A DNA stretch of 63,904 bases, counting the filler, from Parasitella parasitica NRRL 2501 (Eukaryota > Fungi > Mucoromycota), in assembly GCA_025201805.1 (NCBI GenBank). It is 8 parts of 8 records of this genome, joined end to end, with 100 filler letters (N's around TTAATTAATTAA, not from the genome) between each part and the next. Parts side by side here need not be neighbours in the genome. Positions count along the whole stretch, not along the records: positions 27,995 to 44,570 come from MU619284.1; positions 44,671 to 46,714 come from MU619508.1; positions 46,815 to 59,575 come from MU619288.1; 5 more parts are not named here. One strand, written 5' to 3'. Shown here in pieces: positions 36,489-48,285 of the stretch. Made by a program: the position numbers and the translations under genes. The first letter of the stretch is position 1. Every line of letters starts with the position of its first letter. The notes beneath the pieces are model-generated. The model was not told the DNA's origin. It did no database searches and was given only the letters and a program-made list of their open reading frames with translations.

Positions 36489-39334
36489 TTAGTCTTCGTT
36501 CTGCTCTTCCATGGCGGCTCTTGCCTCATCGATTTCATCTTGCATAATCTTTTTGCGCGCCAAAGCAAGTTTAGCTAAATCGAGTCGATTATTCTTTTTG
36601 AAAATAATAGCCAAACGTCGGTCATCCTCCATTCTCTTTTGAACATTTTTTAGATATGTATCCATATCTAATAGCCCCGTTTGAACTTGAATGACAAGCA
36701 TATTCATCTTGATTTCAAGTGATTGCTTTCTGTCAAGTAGATCCTCTTTCTGCTGTTTGGTGAGTTTGGATGCCAAGTTGGAGTTTACTAGATTGAGCTC
36801 ATGTTCTATGACCATGTTTGAAACAATGTTATCGATGCTAATCGTTCAGGTCAGTAACATGATTTGCTAAAATTCTGCACAAGTTACCTGTTGAACTCCT
36901 CCTCGGCTGCTTCTAATTCATTATTTCCAGGCAAATTCTCGTCTGCTTTTTGTTCTGGCAATGGTGCTGGTGCTGGTAATGGTTGTTGTTGGACAGGAGT
37001 AACTGCTGGCACTTGACCCGAGAGACTGGACGGTCCTGATTTTGACTGTGCTGGGGTTGATAAGACTGGACCACCAACTGTTAAATTGGCCAATGACAGG
37101 CACTCGGACACAGTGCTACCAAATGCATCCAACACAAGCCAGCGTTCTGACCGTTTGGCAATATCTTCACCTGCCAATGGCATCCTCAAATTGACTTCAA
37201 GCTGTATATTACCACCCGTCTTTCTCTTGCTGCCATCGAGTAACTGACAAAATACGGTGAGTAGGAAATAAGACGCCCAAGTGAAAATATAATCTTACAT
37301 CAAATATTCCGTTGATCGAAGATTTAGTGAGCAATCTCTCCATAGGGATAATCACTTTACCAAGCAAAACTGGTCTTTTAAATAAGCCATAAGCGTAATT
37401 GTTATGAAAGACTTGTACCGTTAACTTTTTTCGCTGGAGATAACGTTGAAACAGACGATTTGTACGGCTGATGGGGATTTGCATTGAAAAATCATATTGT
37501 GGATTAATGCCTGCTGCGACAGGTGTTTCCCCCTTGTTCATGACGGCTTGTGCTGTGTTTTCAGGCGGCCATCCACCGAAATTCCAGGCAACAAATGGTT
37601 CGAGGTTTGCTGAAATATCTAGTGTCGGTAAACTGGTTGCCTTGATGATTTTAAACTCCATCATGTTTTCAGGTATAGTGTCTAGCAAGTTTTTGTATGT
37701 GTAGTCCACTTGCTCGTAATGTAAAGGGGGTATGTTGGGCTTTGTTGCATGTAGCGACACTAAATCAGCGGAAAAGGCCTGCGCTACTTTCATGTAAGCG
37801 TCTTGCTGCTGAGAGTTCATCAAAGTTTTACTGTTGGCCTTGGTGCGGGCGGACGAAGTAAGCTGAATAGACAGATTGTGACAAACGTTCATTTGGTAAG
37901 TCAATTGAGCATCGATCTGATCAAATGAGGTGGAGTTCGGCCCTTGTAATACAGGATCTAATTGGCGTATCTTGCCATCACCCAGCGACATGTCTGGCTC
38001 TCCTGGTAAACGAACTGCTCTAGGATCGACAATTTCGCCATTCTTGAGGCGGATGCCTGTTTGCAGTAATTCTTTCGAGGTACGTAGCATCTGTTTGGCA
38101 CTAGCAAGGTTGCCTAATTTTTTGTAATAAAGGGCAGCTTCTTTGTATTTTTTTTGCAAACTGATAACTTTGTCGAGGATTTCTTGGATCTCCTGCATAT
38201 CATTAGTAGCAATAGGTGTTGGTGGTGTTAGTGGTGTTGGTGGTGGTCTGGTTGCTGGTTTGGTTGCTGGTTTGGTTGGTGTAGAAGACATTGTTGGTTC
38301 AGATAACAAAGGCAGTGTTGGGGTATTCTCTTGCGATTGTGTCGGTTCAGACGGGGCATCCCCTGCTGTAAATCTAGCTTCTGCTGGCTCAATGGAAGGC
38401 TGATGAATCTCTAATAAACTTTGATACTTTTGGTTGAACGTCTTTGATTCGCGCAGTAATGCAACTGCTGCCTTCTTATCGCCTTCTCGTTTTGCAGCCA
38501 ATGCCATTTTCTGGTATTCTTCTGCCTTTTTCTTCCAAAATCCAGGGTCAATTGACTCGTGTTTGCCTTGTTCAGTGTCTCTTTGATCAGCATCATCATC
38601 ATCATCATCACGCTTATCACGCCCATCACGCCCATCACGCCCATCACGCCCATCACGCTCATCACGCTCATCGTATGGGGAGGACGTAAGGGATGGATGA
38701 CGAAGCTCGATATCTTTGTTGTCAGCAGATGGCGAGTCAAATAGATGGTTGGCTGCTCTTTCAAGGTTATTGTCAAACATGTCGAGTGCTTTCAATGCCT
38801 GCGCTTGAGTGAATCCCATGCTGATCAACTCTTTTGCTTCAAGACCAAGTGATGTCGTTTGCTCTTGCGCAAGTGTGTTTGTGAGCATTGATAGCTCATT
38901 CTAGACAAATTACCAGTATTAGCTTTTGTGAAAGATGAGGTATAACATGCTCACCAGTAAGTTGGGATCTTGCAAATCGCTTTCATCGAGTTCTACTTCC
39001 ATGTCCAGGTCGTCTTGAGCTAGCGCTGCGTAAGAGTCGATGTCCATCCCCACACTCTGAACGGTTTGCGGCGCTTTTCTGACTGGTTTGGGTTCCTTTT
39101 TCGGTGGAGCCTTGGAGGTGGAAGTAGTTGATGAGATTTCTTGCAATTGTTTCTAAAGTTGCATATGAGTTTTTCCAGTTTTCGCAAAAAGGCAGAGGGC
39201 GTACATACCAATAACTCGGGATCGTCCATGTCAAAATCATCTTCCCCATCTTCCAGCGGAGAGTGGAGCAAGTCGTCCATGTCATTTATATCAAAATCCT
39301 TTGCAGAATTATCGGTTTTCTGCTTCCCAAACAT
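36489..39334 (-). CDS. CC2D1/Lgd-like protein: UBA, DM14-like repeats, C2 domain (multi-exon)
   Basis: LISMGF...NNLERAANHL (UBA), YQKMALAAKREGD and YKEAALYYKKLGN (DM14-like), C2 domain then RMPLAG...ERWLVLD. Confidence 0.8.
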
Positions 39335-39676
39335 GCCCAAAACAAAAAATAAGGGGGTTGAAAAAGGGAAAGACTATGTTGCCAGCTGGCAATGAATGAA
39401 CAGGTGGTGCATTGTACAGTAAGGCATCCCCCTTTTTGCCCGGTCCGAAGGATTGGGTGACCGTTGGACAAAAGGGAAATGGTCACTGGAACGATGGGAT
39501 GAGCAAACATCAAATATTTTTTCTCCTTCTACTCGAGTTTTATAGAATTTTAACGTCATGTCCACTATGCCAACAGTTGCCATTAGCAACATTGACGACG
39601 CAAAAAATACCAAAGAAGCAATTGAAGCGCCAACAGGTAGGGTTGTGTGGAACATGCTGTGGGCGTTGGCATTGAC

Positions 39677-41692
39677 ATGATGAGAGTAGGACCTGCTGAT
39701 AAACGCATTTACATTGGTGGATTGCATCCGTCAACCACAGAGGATCAGATTGTAGATCGTTTCAGTAGATTTGGCAAAGTATCTAATGTCGCTATTGCCA
39801 AGAACACTGACAGTAAGTATCGAGAGAATGGCCCATGCAACGTCGTGTGCTAATGCCTTATGAAATGCTTAGACGAATGTCGAGGATTTGCGCACATGAC
39901 TCTACACACCGAGCCCAAAAAGTGGGAATCATGTAAGGATTGAGTTTGTGGCATAGCTGTCTGTTGTGCTAAGCAGCGACATTTGTTAGGCTTGAGCGTC
40001 TACAATGGTGCGAAATGGAGAGGACAGGAGCTAAAGCTAGAGGAAGCCAAGATAGACTGGCAAGAACGCAGACGCCTTCGACAGGAAAAGATCCTGGAGC
40101 AAGAAGAAAAGAAAAGAAAGAGACTGTTAAGATGGAATGACAGCGAGGGCTTTCATGCAAAGGACATGACACCGGTGACAGACAATAACATGGGCACACG
40201 AAAGGGCTGGAAACGTGGCAGATATGGAAGAGCTATTAGTGTGATGAGGCTAAAGAAAAGCGACGGCACTATGTTTGTCTTTGAACCGACACATTACAAG
40301 AACAATCTGACAAAACTGTACAATATCGGCGTGCGTATGAAGCCTGTGAGGCAGCTAATCACTAAAGTAGAGCAAAATAGCTCAGATGAAGAGGACGACT
40401 GGCCCACCTACTCCAACAAAAATAACGAGCAAGAAGACTCCGAGCACCAAGACGACACAGAAACAATCAAGATAATGACACCCGACGAAAAGAGAAGGGC
40501 TGCTATGGATAAAATGTTTGAAGACCAAAGGATTAAAAAAGAGCTTATTAGCAAAGCGCTTGTTGCACAATCAGCTGGCATCAACCACACTACATTTGAT
40601 AATGACAACGACACCATGACAGATGACGCTATAAGCATGAATATAGACACTGAGCCAGATCATCTAAAGAGCCCTATCAAAGCAAACAAATGGATGTTTG
40701 ACTCTAGCGACGACGATCATAGCGACCAGGAATTAGAAATAAAAATAAACCCTGTCTTGGAAGGCGAAGCAGGTCGCAAAAGACTAGAGCTGCAAAAGAA
40801 GTTTAAAGGCGACGATCGCTTCAAATTGGGCCAAGACTTTATAGACAAAGATGAACAGGTTGCACAATCTAAAGACCTTGGAGACGACATTACCAAAGGC
40901 CTCAGCGCTGAGAAGGATCAGGCCATGGACGTTCTCCGGGCCATGTTTGGTGGGGATAAAGTTGATTCTAAACCTAGGCATCAGAGCAACACATGGGCCA
41001 GTTCTGATAGATTTGATCCCGATGCTGAGAATTCTTTGAAATACCTTGCCGAGGACTCGATTCATGATAGTGTCTCTGCCACAAATAGCCAAGACGAAGA
41101 CGACTCTGATTTCTTTGGTAAGCAAACGGTAGCGCATTTTGAATTATACGTTAACGCCTCAAATCAGCCCAACCCAGAAAAGCAGATAGTGCAATGCCTG
41201 TTGTGTCTACTGAAAGACATTTCAATGTCAACACTAATTTGAAGCCTCTGTTTGGCGACGCTGAAGAAGCACCATTCACTCTATTTGGTGAAAGCGACGA
41301 TGGCGATAAAGACAATGCAGAGTCATCATTTGCCACCCAAAACAAACCACTGTCTAGCTACCCTGATGATGAAGTTTCCCCCAGTTTTACTCCCAAGAGG
41401 ACAGAAGGTCGCCTTGGCTTGGGTGTGCTCTTCTTTTTCCATCTGGATGACCCTGCATTAATGAAAAAGTATGACTTGCCACTCCCCCGTTCAAACATTG
41501 CATTTATACATTTCTTGTAGGAGCTGCTATGCCTATGACTCAGAAGGCCTGTTTCAGGAAAAAATGGAGGAGCGCGATAGCTATGAGAGCAAGTGGAGGA
41601 CACAAAGACCAGTCATCAAGGAAATCCTGAAAAAGCGTTACAAGAAGGCTGCCAAGAACCAAAAGAGACGATCTGTAAGGCCTATAAAGTAG
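39677..41692 (+). CDS. NOL8: Nucleolar protein 8 (Nop8/NOL8-like; multi-exon)
   Basis: N-terminal RRM (RIYIGGL, YNGAKWRG), LELQKKFKGDDRFKL and RFDP motifs. Confidence 0.78.
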
Positions 41693-41867
41693 AATTTGAT
41701 TCCCATATTTTTTTTGTACTATAAAGTTTTGTTTATGCGCATGGATTCTTAAAGAGCTTAATTAGACATGATAAATCACTACATCAGGCTTTTTTTTTTT
41801 TATAAAAAAAAATTATGTCGAGCACTTTTTATTATTACAAACAAAGTTTTGAAATTGGATTAAATGA

Positions 41868-44570
41868 TTAGAACAGTGCTAGAATTTGGCTAAAGAATCC
41901 AGAGCTGGATTCGCTTGCTGGATCTCCATGCGAGTTTAATAATGCGCTTTTGGTTGATGATGAATACGCTTGACTGTTTGATGGTGCAGCCCTTCTCGAG
42001 AAGCCAGCAAATGAGAAGCCAGGTAGCACAAAGCCTTGACTGGATTCAGACTGTGATTCAGACGACACTGGGTAATTGCTCGGTAATGCAGCCATCATAA
42101 GTTTGGTAGCCGATTTAGTGATTACTGGAGCAGAGCCCGAGATGAACTGGTATGTGCCATCTGCATTTACTTGGACTACATTACCGATAGACAAGATATA
42201 AACTCCAGGGCCATAGAAACCAGGAATATTAAATGGGAAACTATATGTCACGCCATTAAGAACAGTATTCAAGCCTATAGGCGAACTGGTAGCAGACGCT
42301 GGTTTTGTTGTTGTTGTGGGAGCCCCAGGGCCACCTTGGATCCACTGCAAAATACCTGCTGCATTGATGTATACAGTATTGCCAGGGCTCAAAGTGTAGG
42401 TTCCAGGGCCGGTAAAGGTACTAACGCCAAAGCTGCCAGGAAGACTTAAGGGAGGGAAAGAAAGAGTGGGAAGTCGAAGCGACCCAGACCTAATGCCCAA
42501 GAAGCCGCTTCCGAGCACGTAAGAATAGGAGCCACTTTCACCCATTGAAACCACTGTGTTGGCATTGAGAGTATAAAGGCCAGGGCCTGTGTAAGTAGCA
42601 ATTCTACCACCGGTAGGGAGATCCAGTGCAGGGAAGGTAATAGTTGGCAGACTAACTTGAGTTGGATATGTTACCGCTGGTGCAGTAGTTGACTGAGAAG
42701 CCAAAGACTGCGGGCCACCTAAAATCCATCGAATTCCACCGTTTGCATCAATTGAGATCTGATTTCCAGGAGATATCATGTAGACGCCGGGACCAGTAAA
42801 CTGAGGAACTTGTACTCCGCCGGCAAGCGTTAGTGTTGGGAACGCAAATTGAGGAACATTGAGATTGCCGTTGTTTATGTTGAAGAATCCACTGCCGGAA
42901 ATGTAAGTGTAAGATCCCTCAGAGTTGACCGAGATGACTGAAGATGGGCCAACTGTGTAAGTACCAGCACCAGTGAAGCCAGGGACTGCGACACCGCCCG
43001 GAAGGTTGACACTAGGGAAGGTAATCACAGGCAAGGCGATTGATGGGAATGTTACAGGATAGATTACGGGCTGCGTTGAACTTGTGCTTGCAGATGTGGA
43101 GCTTGCAGGAGGTCCACCCGAGATGAATGTATACGTGCCATCATTGTTGACTTGAACGACGTTTCCAAGACTTAAAACGTAGATACCGGGCCCGTAGAAT
43201 CCAGGAATGTTGAAGGGGAATTTAAAGGTGACACCGCCTATAACCGTAGATCCAGGAGGACCAGTTTGGACGGGAGCTGTGGCAGTAGGAATCGTGAATC
43301 CAGGCAAAGTAAAGCCGCCCCCCGGAAGAGATTGGGGTCCACCTTGGATCCACGTAACGCCGCCAGATACGCCAATCGATACAACATTTCCAGGAGACAC
43401 AGTGTATACACCAGGGCCGCTGAAGCCAGGAATAGGGATACCGCCAGCAAGAGTGATGGTAGGCAATGCCAAAGGAGGAAGCGTCAGGCTACCACCAGTA
43501 CTTCCATTGGGGCCGCTGTTGCCCAGATACGTGTAGACGCCATTAGCTCCTACTGAAAGAGAAACACCGGGGGCGACTGTATATATACCAGAGCCAGTGT
43601 ATGCTCCAATTGCCAAGCCATTGCCAATGCTGATTGTGGGCAAGTTTAATGTTGGTAATGTTATGCTTGGGAACGTGATTCCAGCAGGTGCTGGTGTAGA
43701 GCTTGCGCTTGGCCAAGCGAATGTTGGGAACGTAAACCCGCCTCCAGCTGCCGTTGAAGGCCCTCCTTCAATCCATTTCACATCACCAAAGAATCCAATC
43801 GAGACAACATTGCCAGGTGAGTACGTGTAGATTCCAGGCCCACTATAGTTGGGCAATTTTATGCCACCCGCAAGCGTCAGCGTCGGCAACGATACACCTG
43901 GAAGAGACACAGATCCAGCAACATTACCACTACCACCAGTCAAGAATGTATAAGCTCCATTGGCATTTACAGAGACTATGTTTCCTGGGCTGACAGTATA
44001 CGTTCCAGGACCATTGTATCCGCTAATAGTAAAGCCACCACCAAGGTTCAACGATGGCAGATTCAGCGTTGGTAACGAAACGCTAGGCCACGTAATGCTT
44101 GGAAGAGAAATTGTAGGAAAGGTGAAGCCGCCACCAGAAGCAGTGGAAGGACCGCCCTGAATCCACTTGACATCTCCAAAGATTCCAATTGATACAACAT
44201 TACCCGGAGAATATGTATATACGCCAGGGCCGCTATAGTTTGGTAGCGTAATGCCACCAGCAAGAGTCAATGTCGGTAGAGATACACCAGGTAAGGAAAT
44301 AGACCCTGCTACGTTTCCACTGCCTCCAGTGAGGAAAGAAAACGCACCATTAGCACCAACGGATACCACGTTTCCAGGGCTAACTGTGTAGGTTCCAGGT
44401 CCACTAAAGCCTCCAATGCTAAAGCCTCCACCAAGGTTGAGAGTAGGTAAGTTCAGAGTAGGAAGAGTAATGCTAGGCCATGTGAAGGATGGTAATGAAA
44501 TTGTAGGGAAAGTAAATCCGCCTCCAGATGCTGATTGAGGACCTCCTTGAAGCCATGTAATACCTCCACC
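41868..44570 (-). CDS. Gly/Pro/Thr/Ser-rich tandem-module protein, 5' end lost in the gap
   Basis: Open frame from the gap edge with at least 12 G(P)GxYT-SPGNVVS-(W/F)IxGG modules. Confidence 0.85.
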   Translation of the reverse strand, partial: GGGITWLQGGPQSASGGGFTFPTISLPSFTWPSITLPTLNLPTLNLGGGFSIGGFSGPGTYTVSPGNVVSVGANGAFSFLTGGSGNVAGSISLPGVSLPTLTLAGGITLPNYSGPGVYTYSPGNVVSIGIFGDVKWIQGGPSTASGGGFTFPTISLPSITWPSVSLPTLNLPSLNLGGGFTISGYNGPGTYTVSPGNIVSVNANGAYTFLTGGSGNVAGSVSLPGVSLPTLTLAGGIKLPNYSGPGIYTYSPGNVVSIGFFGDVKWIEGGPSTAAGGGFTFPTFAWPSASSTPAPAGITFPSITLPTLNLPTISIGNGLAIGAYTGSGIYTVAPGVSLSVGANGVYTYLGNSGPNGSTGGSLTLPPLALPTITLAGGIPIPGFSGPGVYTVSPGNVVSIGVSGGVTWIQGGPQSLPGGGFTLPGFTIPTATAPVQTGPPGSTVIGGVTFKFPFNIPGFYGPGIYVLSLGNVVQVNNDGTYTFISGGPPASSTSASTSSTQPVIYPVTFPSIALPVITFPSVNLPGGVAVPGFTGAGTYTVGPSSVISVNSEGSYTYISGSGFFNINNGNLNVPQFAFPTLTLAGGVQVPQFTGPGVYMISPGNQISIDANGGIRWILGGPQSLASQSTTAPAVTYPTQVSLPTITFPALDLPTGGRIATYTGPGLYTLNANTVVSMGESGSYSYVLGSGFLGIRSGSLRLPTLSFPPLSLPGSFGVSTFTGPGTYTLSPGNTVYINAAGILQWIQGGPGAPTTTTKPASATSSPIGLNTVLNGVTYSFPFNIPGFYGPGVYILSIGNVVQVNADGTYQFISGSAPVITKSATKLMMAALPSNYPVSSESQSESSQGFVLPGFSFAGFSRRAAPSNSQAYSSSTKSALLNSHGDPASESSSGFFSQILALF

Positions 44571-46148
44571 NNNNNNNNNNNNNNNNNNNNNNNNNNNNNN
44601 NNNNNNNNNNNNNNTTAATTAATTAANNNNNNNNNNNNNNNNNNNNNNNNNNNNNNNNNNNNNNNNNNNNATTAAAAGTCCAATCAGCATTATATGCTCT
44701 TAAGGCTGCTAAACAAAGTGTTTTGTCTAAAATTACTTTCACGCTATAGCGTCTTGAAGAAAATTGACCCAATTTTTCAATTTAACGGTCTTTGATACAG
44801 CAGCAAATTTAACCACTTACGCTGAATACATTTCATACAGTAACATGTAGACTTTATCACTGTTTTCTGGCGCCTCGATTGAATGAGGAAAGACTAATCC
44901 GCAAAATGTTGAGATAATAGATTCCATGTTTTACAAAAAAAAAAAAGACAGAGAGAGATGCCCTCTTTACTATTGCTTAACATGGATTGATAAAGACATC
45001 AAACTAGATCACGGTTCTATTTCAAATGTTCCAAGGGTTCCAGGTTAATAACGACCTGTGTGCGATTATTATGCAACGACGAGTTTCTTAATTCTCTCAA
45101 ATTTTTCACGCTCGTAAGTATTGTATCTCTGCTGATAGAAGTACAGTATTTTGGGGCAGTTGCAAAACTCACAAGCGAACACTGTATATAAAGCAATTTT
45201 GTATACTTGGGATGATGTATCAAGGTGATTTCTTATCACGCTCACGTTTTTTTCTTAATACAAAAAGCTTTAATTTGTTCTTGAAAAAAAAAATACACAG
45301 TGAACTCTTGGCCAGTTTACTTTACATATGCATACAAATATAAATAAATGTAGTACCATTATATAGTATAGGCTAAATATGCTGCAGTAAAAAGAAACGC
45401 ATTTCGATTGAATCCAAAGACTGATTGATANNNNNNNNNNTTTCAATAATTCTACACAGATACTTGATTGGTCAGCGCATAATAGACGCATAATGAGGAT
45501 TAGCCTCGGTATCAACTATAACATCTAGATACCTGCTTTCAGCAGCGGAATGTCCGTGCTTCAACGTTTCACATAAAGCTTACGGTATTTAAATTTTAGG
45601 AGGCATTTGCTGTCTGCCATTGAAGACGTATATTCTCTTATAGCTATAAACCAATCTCATTGCAATTTGCAAATTAGCAGCACGATATCTATTATTATTA
45701 AAAATATTCCAATAAAAACTATTGGAAAAATATTATAGTATACAGTATAAGATAAACAAAAATCAAGGAGTAATAGTACTTTTAAGGTTTTTTCAGTCCC
45801 AATTGAGTTTGCTGATGCTCGATAAGACAATTAAATCCCCATTTTCAAAAAAAAAAAAAAATCGCTCAGCAAAGAAGCAAGACACAAATGATCATAACTT
45901 AATTTACTTGAAGTAAAAGCCCTTTACACAGAGTAAATTATCTTAAAATTCGGGCGAAATGGCATTAGTCTCGAAATTGGACACAATATTATTAAAAATA
46001 TGCTAAGCAATAGACATGTTTCTAATAATGTTTAAGTAGTAGAGTTGGATCTCATAATAATAAGTTTAGGCAGTAGTGAACTTGGTTCTAATAATAATAT
46101 GTCTAATTCTAATTAAACAATAAAAATAGACTTGGTTTCAATAATAAT

Positions 46149-46714
46149 ATGTTTAATTCAGGAGTCTCAATCAAAGGAACATGTAGTCCAATCGATACGA
46201 TCTCAACGCTTTACCCGACACCGAGTAACATACACTCGATTTTCGTCGCTAATATCAATGATATTCTTGACCTGGATAGAGGTGAAAGAGTTACGAAAAG
46301 AGAGTTGAAGCTTATGTTGCGGAATGCAAATGAAGACCAGAAAAATATCTACAACCATGTCAAAAATGAACTGGAGACTAATTCTGCTGTATTTATTTCT
46401 GGGGCTGCTGGCACAGGCAAATCGTATATACTCAGAATATTTGAGAGATACTACAGACTAAAAGGGTTTAAAGTATGTGCAAATCGTTACATGTTTTCGA
46501 TAATTAATAACTTGCTTCTCTAGGTCTTTAAATGAGCACCTACAGGCGTAGCTGCTCACAACATTACCGGACAAACTCTTCATCGGTTTTTTGGAATGGG
46601 AAATCAATCCGAGATTCCAAACTTTCAAAACTTAGATGAATACATCAAGCTATATCCCAAAATAATACTTCTTATTGACGAATATTCAATGATTGGTGCT
46701 TCACTGTTGAACTC
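46149..46714 (+). pseudogene. Pif1-like helicase fragment (probably Helitron)
   Basis: FISGAAGTGKS, intron at about 46473-46523, then VFK*APTGVAAHNITGQTLHRFFG and LLIDEYSMI with an in-frame TGA. Confidence 0.82.
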
Positions 46715-46815
46715 NNNNNNNNNNNNNNNNNNNNNNNNNNNNNNNNNNNNNNNNNNNNTTAATTAATTAANNNNNNNNNNNNNNNNNNNNNNNNNNNNNN
46801 NNNNNNNNNNNNNNG

Positions 46816-47227
46816 TGTCAAGGGACACAGACGATTTGGCGGGTTTTGGAAACAGCAGCGACATGGCCGCTATACACCTACGCTGATAACAAATGAACAT
46901 AATACGTCGCAAACGTGTGTTTTCTGCTTCCACAAGCTTCCTCATCCTGTGGCTGCTCTCAAAGGCAAAATGCAGCGAACAGCCGGTTCATTTCTTTGCT
47001 TGAATTCAGAATGCCCCAATGCCTTCAAGACAATGTGCCGCGACCAAGTCTCAGCACTTGCAATTGGTCTTGCTGGTCTTGGCTGCCTTTTGTTTGGAGT
47101 AACTTTCCCCTGCTTCGACCCAAACCCCACCACTGCCAAGCGCAAACAATTCAACAATTTAGCCCTATCTTTTTTGTACAGAAAACAGATACTGGGCTCA
47201 CCTTTCGATGGAGGCAATACTCTTTGA
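46816..47227 (+). CDS. Fanzor/TnpB-like nuclease, C-terminal part (5' lost in the gap)
   Basis: Open frame VKGHRRFGG...ITNEHNTSQTCVFC...CLNSEC...CRDQVSALAI, matching RuvC-II Glu, Zn finger and RuvC-III Asp. Confidence 0.75.
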
Positions 47228-48285
47228 AGGTTAGTAAAGAAATATAAAACGTGGAGATAACTCAATATTAATCGAGCGCTGCATCTTTGACTTTGACCTT
47301 TTAATACTATTGGGTAAGTGACATTCCCACTTATAAATTGTTTATAGAAAGTAACCAAAATCATGAATTGTCTTGAAACAATTCGAGTTACACATATGTT
47401 TGCGGTTAAACGCACTGATGGAATGTTTCAGTTGCACCTGAAAATGCTTAATTTGGAACCTCCAAGGGGTATTAGTGCCAACAATTTTGTACTTTTAAGA
47501 GTGCACTAAAAAATGAAAGCCCTCATTGAGCTTGGATTTTTTCTATTATTGTGCTCTTTGATATGGGATTGATGCTTTATATGCTCCACGCTGATAGAAT
47601 GATGCAATCGGTCTGTCTTGTTGGTTCGAGGTAACATGGTAAAAAGTGATAGGTTACTACAGCATCTATTTTGCTCCTTATTTATCAATCTCAAAGTAAT
47701 CCTTTGTAAAGATCAGAGCATCTGTGTTGCGGTTTTGAAACAAATCCTGCAGCCAGCTTCTAATGTTGTAATTCATCATTGCTGGGAAATGAACTCCCAA
47801 TCTCTAATCCACCACTGGTTGGTTGTTCTTCATGCAGAAGGGGGGGGGGCATACACGTTGTTAACTCAATGTATGCGGCTAGAAGATTCATGTACATACT
47901 ACTGCCCAATGCAGATTCCATACATGTCAATTTTAGTCAACTCTGTTCGTCTTTTGTCTGGTCCAAACACTTGATTCGAAGGTTTTACGTATGTATAAAT
48001 AATATCCATGCTGTCAAGTACATTTTCATTACCAATGGAAATTCAGATGGATAAAAGAAACATCGAATGCTGCTTTTCCTATCTTAAATCTCTGGTTTTT
48101 TTTTGTCATTAATCCTAGAGCATACTAGATAGATATGCACTTGGTACACACTAAATCAAAGGAGAGATCGTCTCTTCAGTTTTTTTTTAAGAAAAAATTT
48201 TAATAATGGCAAGCAAATCTATGATTAATCTATACGTAAATAAACATTAAATAGGTATTATCAAGTAATTTTCAAGGTAGTTTCT

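Noticed and set aside
38411-38776. His-Ala and Val-Met repeat ORFs
   Set aside because: Alternative frames of the 9-nt repeat within the CC2D1-like gene.
46149-47227. Helitron carrying the Fanzor as one element
   Set aside because: Such associations are known, but the two pieces are separated by a linker gap, so linkage is unsupported.
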